The position numbers were made by a program, and so were the translations under genes. Below are positions 58,201-61,200 of a DNA stretch of 64,000 bases, in pieces. The stretch lies in NCBI GenBank assembly GCA_965368975.1, contig CBDUPA010000019.1:32001-96000 (forward strand), read 5' to 3'. A model generated the notes under the pieces. That model was given only the letters and a program-made list of their open reading frames with translations. It was not told the origin of the DNA and searched no databases. This DNA is from an uncultured bacterium. GTDB lineage: Bacteria > Acidobacteriota > Thermoanaerobaculia > Multivoradales > JAHZIX01. Each line of letters begins with the position of its first letter. Position 1 is the stretch's first letter.

Positions 58201-61200
58201 GCGCCACAACTCGCGGTAGCTCACGTGCCGGGAACCGGCGACCAGGGCCACGGCCTCCGGCACGCGTCCAGCACTGGCGGCGACCAGCGAGGCGAGAGTC
58301 TCGCTAGCAAGAATGTCGCCGGTAGCCTTCCGCAGCGAGGCGGGGCCGTGCCACTCCTGGGCGAGCTGATGGCACTCGGCCGGGCTGAGCAGCTCGAGCC
58401 GTCGCAGGCGTTGTTGCGGCTCGGCCGCGAAGCCGGCAAGCAGCTGTCGATAGTGACCGAGCAGGCGCCGGATCGTCGTCGCGTCGACAAGGGCCGGCCG
58501 GTACTCGGCATCGAGACGCAGCGTACGAACACCGGCACCGTCCCGCAGCGGCGTGACGCTCAGACTGAGGTCGTACTTGGCGCCTCCAGCCGCGACCGAC
58601 AGCGGTCTCACTTCGACGCCCGGCAAGCCCACCGGAGCCGCCGACGGTGCCTCGGTGTTCTGCAGCACCAGCAGGGTTTGGATCAGGGGCTCGCGGTCGA
58701 GTCGACGTTCCGGCTGCAACGCCGCCACCAGCTGACTGAAGGGCAGATCCTGGTGGGCGTAGGCTTCGAGCGTCACGGCGCGCACGCGCTCTAGCACCTC
58801 GGCGACCGTCGGTCCGCCGGACGTCGTCGAGCCACCGAGATCGAGGCGCAGAGGCAAGGTGTTGACGAACACACCGAGCAGCGGTTCCAGCTGCTGCTGC
58901 GTGCGTCCCGCCACCGGCGTGCCGACGGCCAGGTCGGTCGCGGGATCGCCAGCGCCGCCGTGGCGGCTGAGCAGTTCGCCGAAGGCAGCCAGCAGCACCA
59001 TGAAGACCGTCAAGCCAGAACCAGTCAAGCCCGACGAGCGTGTCAGCTCTTCGATGGCAGCGGTCTCGGCCGGCGTCAGCGTCTCCAACAAGCGAGCACC
59101 ACGCGCCGCCTCAGCCGTGTCGACCGTCGACCGTGGACGATCGACCGGCAGTTCGACCGGCGGCGGCGGCGGATCCAGCCGGCGGCGCCAGACGCGCAAC
59201 AAGTCTTGCAGCCGTTCGCCCTGGAGCTGGCGGCGCTGAGCGACGGCGAAGTCGGCGTACTGCAGAGGCAGGGGTGGGATGGAGGCCGCTTCGTCGCCAT
59301 AGAAGGCACCGACCTCAAGCCACAGGCGATGCCACGACCAGCCGTCGGCGACGGTGTGGTGCAGCTCGATCAACAAGCGGTGCTTCGGCTCAGAGAGGTG
59401 CTTTGTGGCGGAGTCAGGAGCCGAGGGCAAGCGCAGCAACACAGTGCGCAGCAAGGGACCGCGCGAGAGATCGAAGCGACGCCCGGCCGCGCGGGCCAGC
59501 AGCTGGTCCGCGAGTGTGCCCACTGCGATAGCCGCCACTTCGGAACTGCTCCCCGCCAGCGCCCCTAGGTCGACGACAGGCAGCGCGGTACTCGCGCGCA
59601 CGATCGGCGACGAGGCGGGCAGGATCTCCTGGTAGGGACGCCCGTCCAGTTCGGGCAAGCGCGTGCGCAGCACTTCGTGCCGCTCGACGACCCGCCGCAA
59701 CGCCGCGCGCAAGCGCGCCACGTCCAGACGGCCGCGCAGCTCCAGGGCCGCCGGCAAGTTGTACGCGGTGCCACTGTCTTCCAGGCGCTCCAGGAACCAC
59801 AGGCGCTCCTGGGCAAAGCTCAGGGGCGGATGCTGGGGTCGCGGCGGTAGCAGGTCCAGATCGAGGTCGACCGCATCGAGAGGGATGACTCGATCGGCCT
59901 CGGCTGCGGCCGACAAGCCAGGGTCCCGCGCCTCGAGCAAGCCCGCCAGGGCGTGGGGCGTCGACGCCGTGAACAGCTCAGGCAACGACAGCTCGGCCCC
60001 GATTTCGTCGCGCAGCAGCGACAGGAAGCGGGTGGCGAGCAGGGAGTCGCCGCCCAGCTCGAAGAAGTCATCCTGCGCACCGACCTCGGGCACGCCCAGC
60101 AAACGGCCGAGCAGCGCGGCGATGCGGCCGGCGACAGTATCGTCGATGTCCGAGGGCGCAACGGCCGACGAAGCGACCTCCACCTCCGCGTCGACTCGCA
60201 GGGGCATTGAAGGGGCCGAATGGGGCTGGGCGGGGCCCGTCTCGCCAGCCCACAGCGGTGCTATGCCGTCCAGCTCGACCCAATGACGCTGCCGCTGGAA
60301 GGCGGTTCCCGGCAGGTGCCGGCGCCGCGGTGTCTGGGTCGCCGAGCCGTCGAAACGCTGCCAATCGACATCGGCGCCCGCCAACCACAGACGTCCCAGC
60401 GCCTCCAGTGCACGGGCTCGATCGTCCTCCTGGGCCTCGGCAGCATCGCTTTGCCGGCGCATCGACGCAATGGCGGTCACCGGCTTTCGGCTCGGGACAT
60501 CACTCTTGGGTTGCAGGCCATCCTGTCGCAGCGTCTGGCGCGCCAGGCTGCCGAGGGTGCGGCCCGGTCCGACTTCCAGTAGCACCAGGTCCTCGAGTTG
60601 ACTCAGGCACTCGACGCCGTCGGCGAAGCGTACGGACCGGCGCAGGTGACGGGCCCAGTAGTCCGGATCCTGGGTCTGCTCGGCGGTCACCCAGTCGCCG
60701 GTCAGGTTGGAGATGTACGGCAGGGTGGGTGGACGCAGCTCGACGCGGCCGACCGCTTCGGCGAAGGCAGCGCAAATCGGCTCCATCATCGCCGAGTGGA
60801 AGGCGTGGTCGGTCGGCAGGCGGCGGCAGCTGATGCCGTCCGCTTCGAGCCGCGCCTGCATCGCTTCGACCGCCGCGACCGGCCCGGTCAGCACGCACAC
60901 GGACGGTGCATTCACGGCCGCGACTTCGACCCGCTCGCCTGGGTTACCAGCTTCGTCCTGGGACGCTTGCAGGTAGCGCGCTTCGATGTCGCTGCCGGCA
61001 GCCGCCACGCTGACCATGGCACCACCGTCCAGCGGCTCCATCAATTCTCCACGCAGCGCCATCAGGTCGAGCGCGTCGCGCAAGCTCAGCACGCCGGCCA
61101 GCGTCGCAGCCGCGTACTCGCCGACGCTATGGCCGAGCAGCGCTACCGGTTCGATCCCCCAGTGCTGCCACAGTCGCGCCAGTGCCACCTCGACCAGCAG

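Noticed and set aside
59632-59647. Second GTAG plus hairpin (gtag-ggacg-cc-cgtcc)
   Set aside because: The stem is only 5 bp with a 2-nt loop and encodes an ordinary C-domain segment (DGRPYQ), with no sign of insertion.
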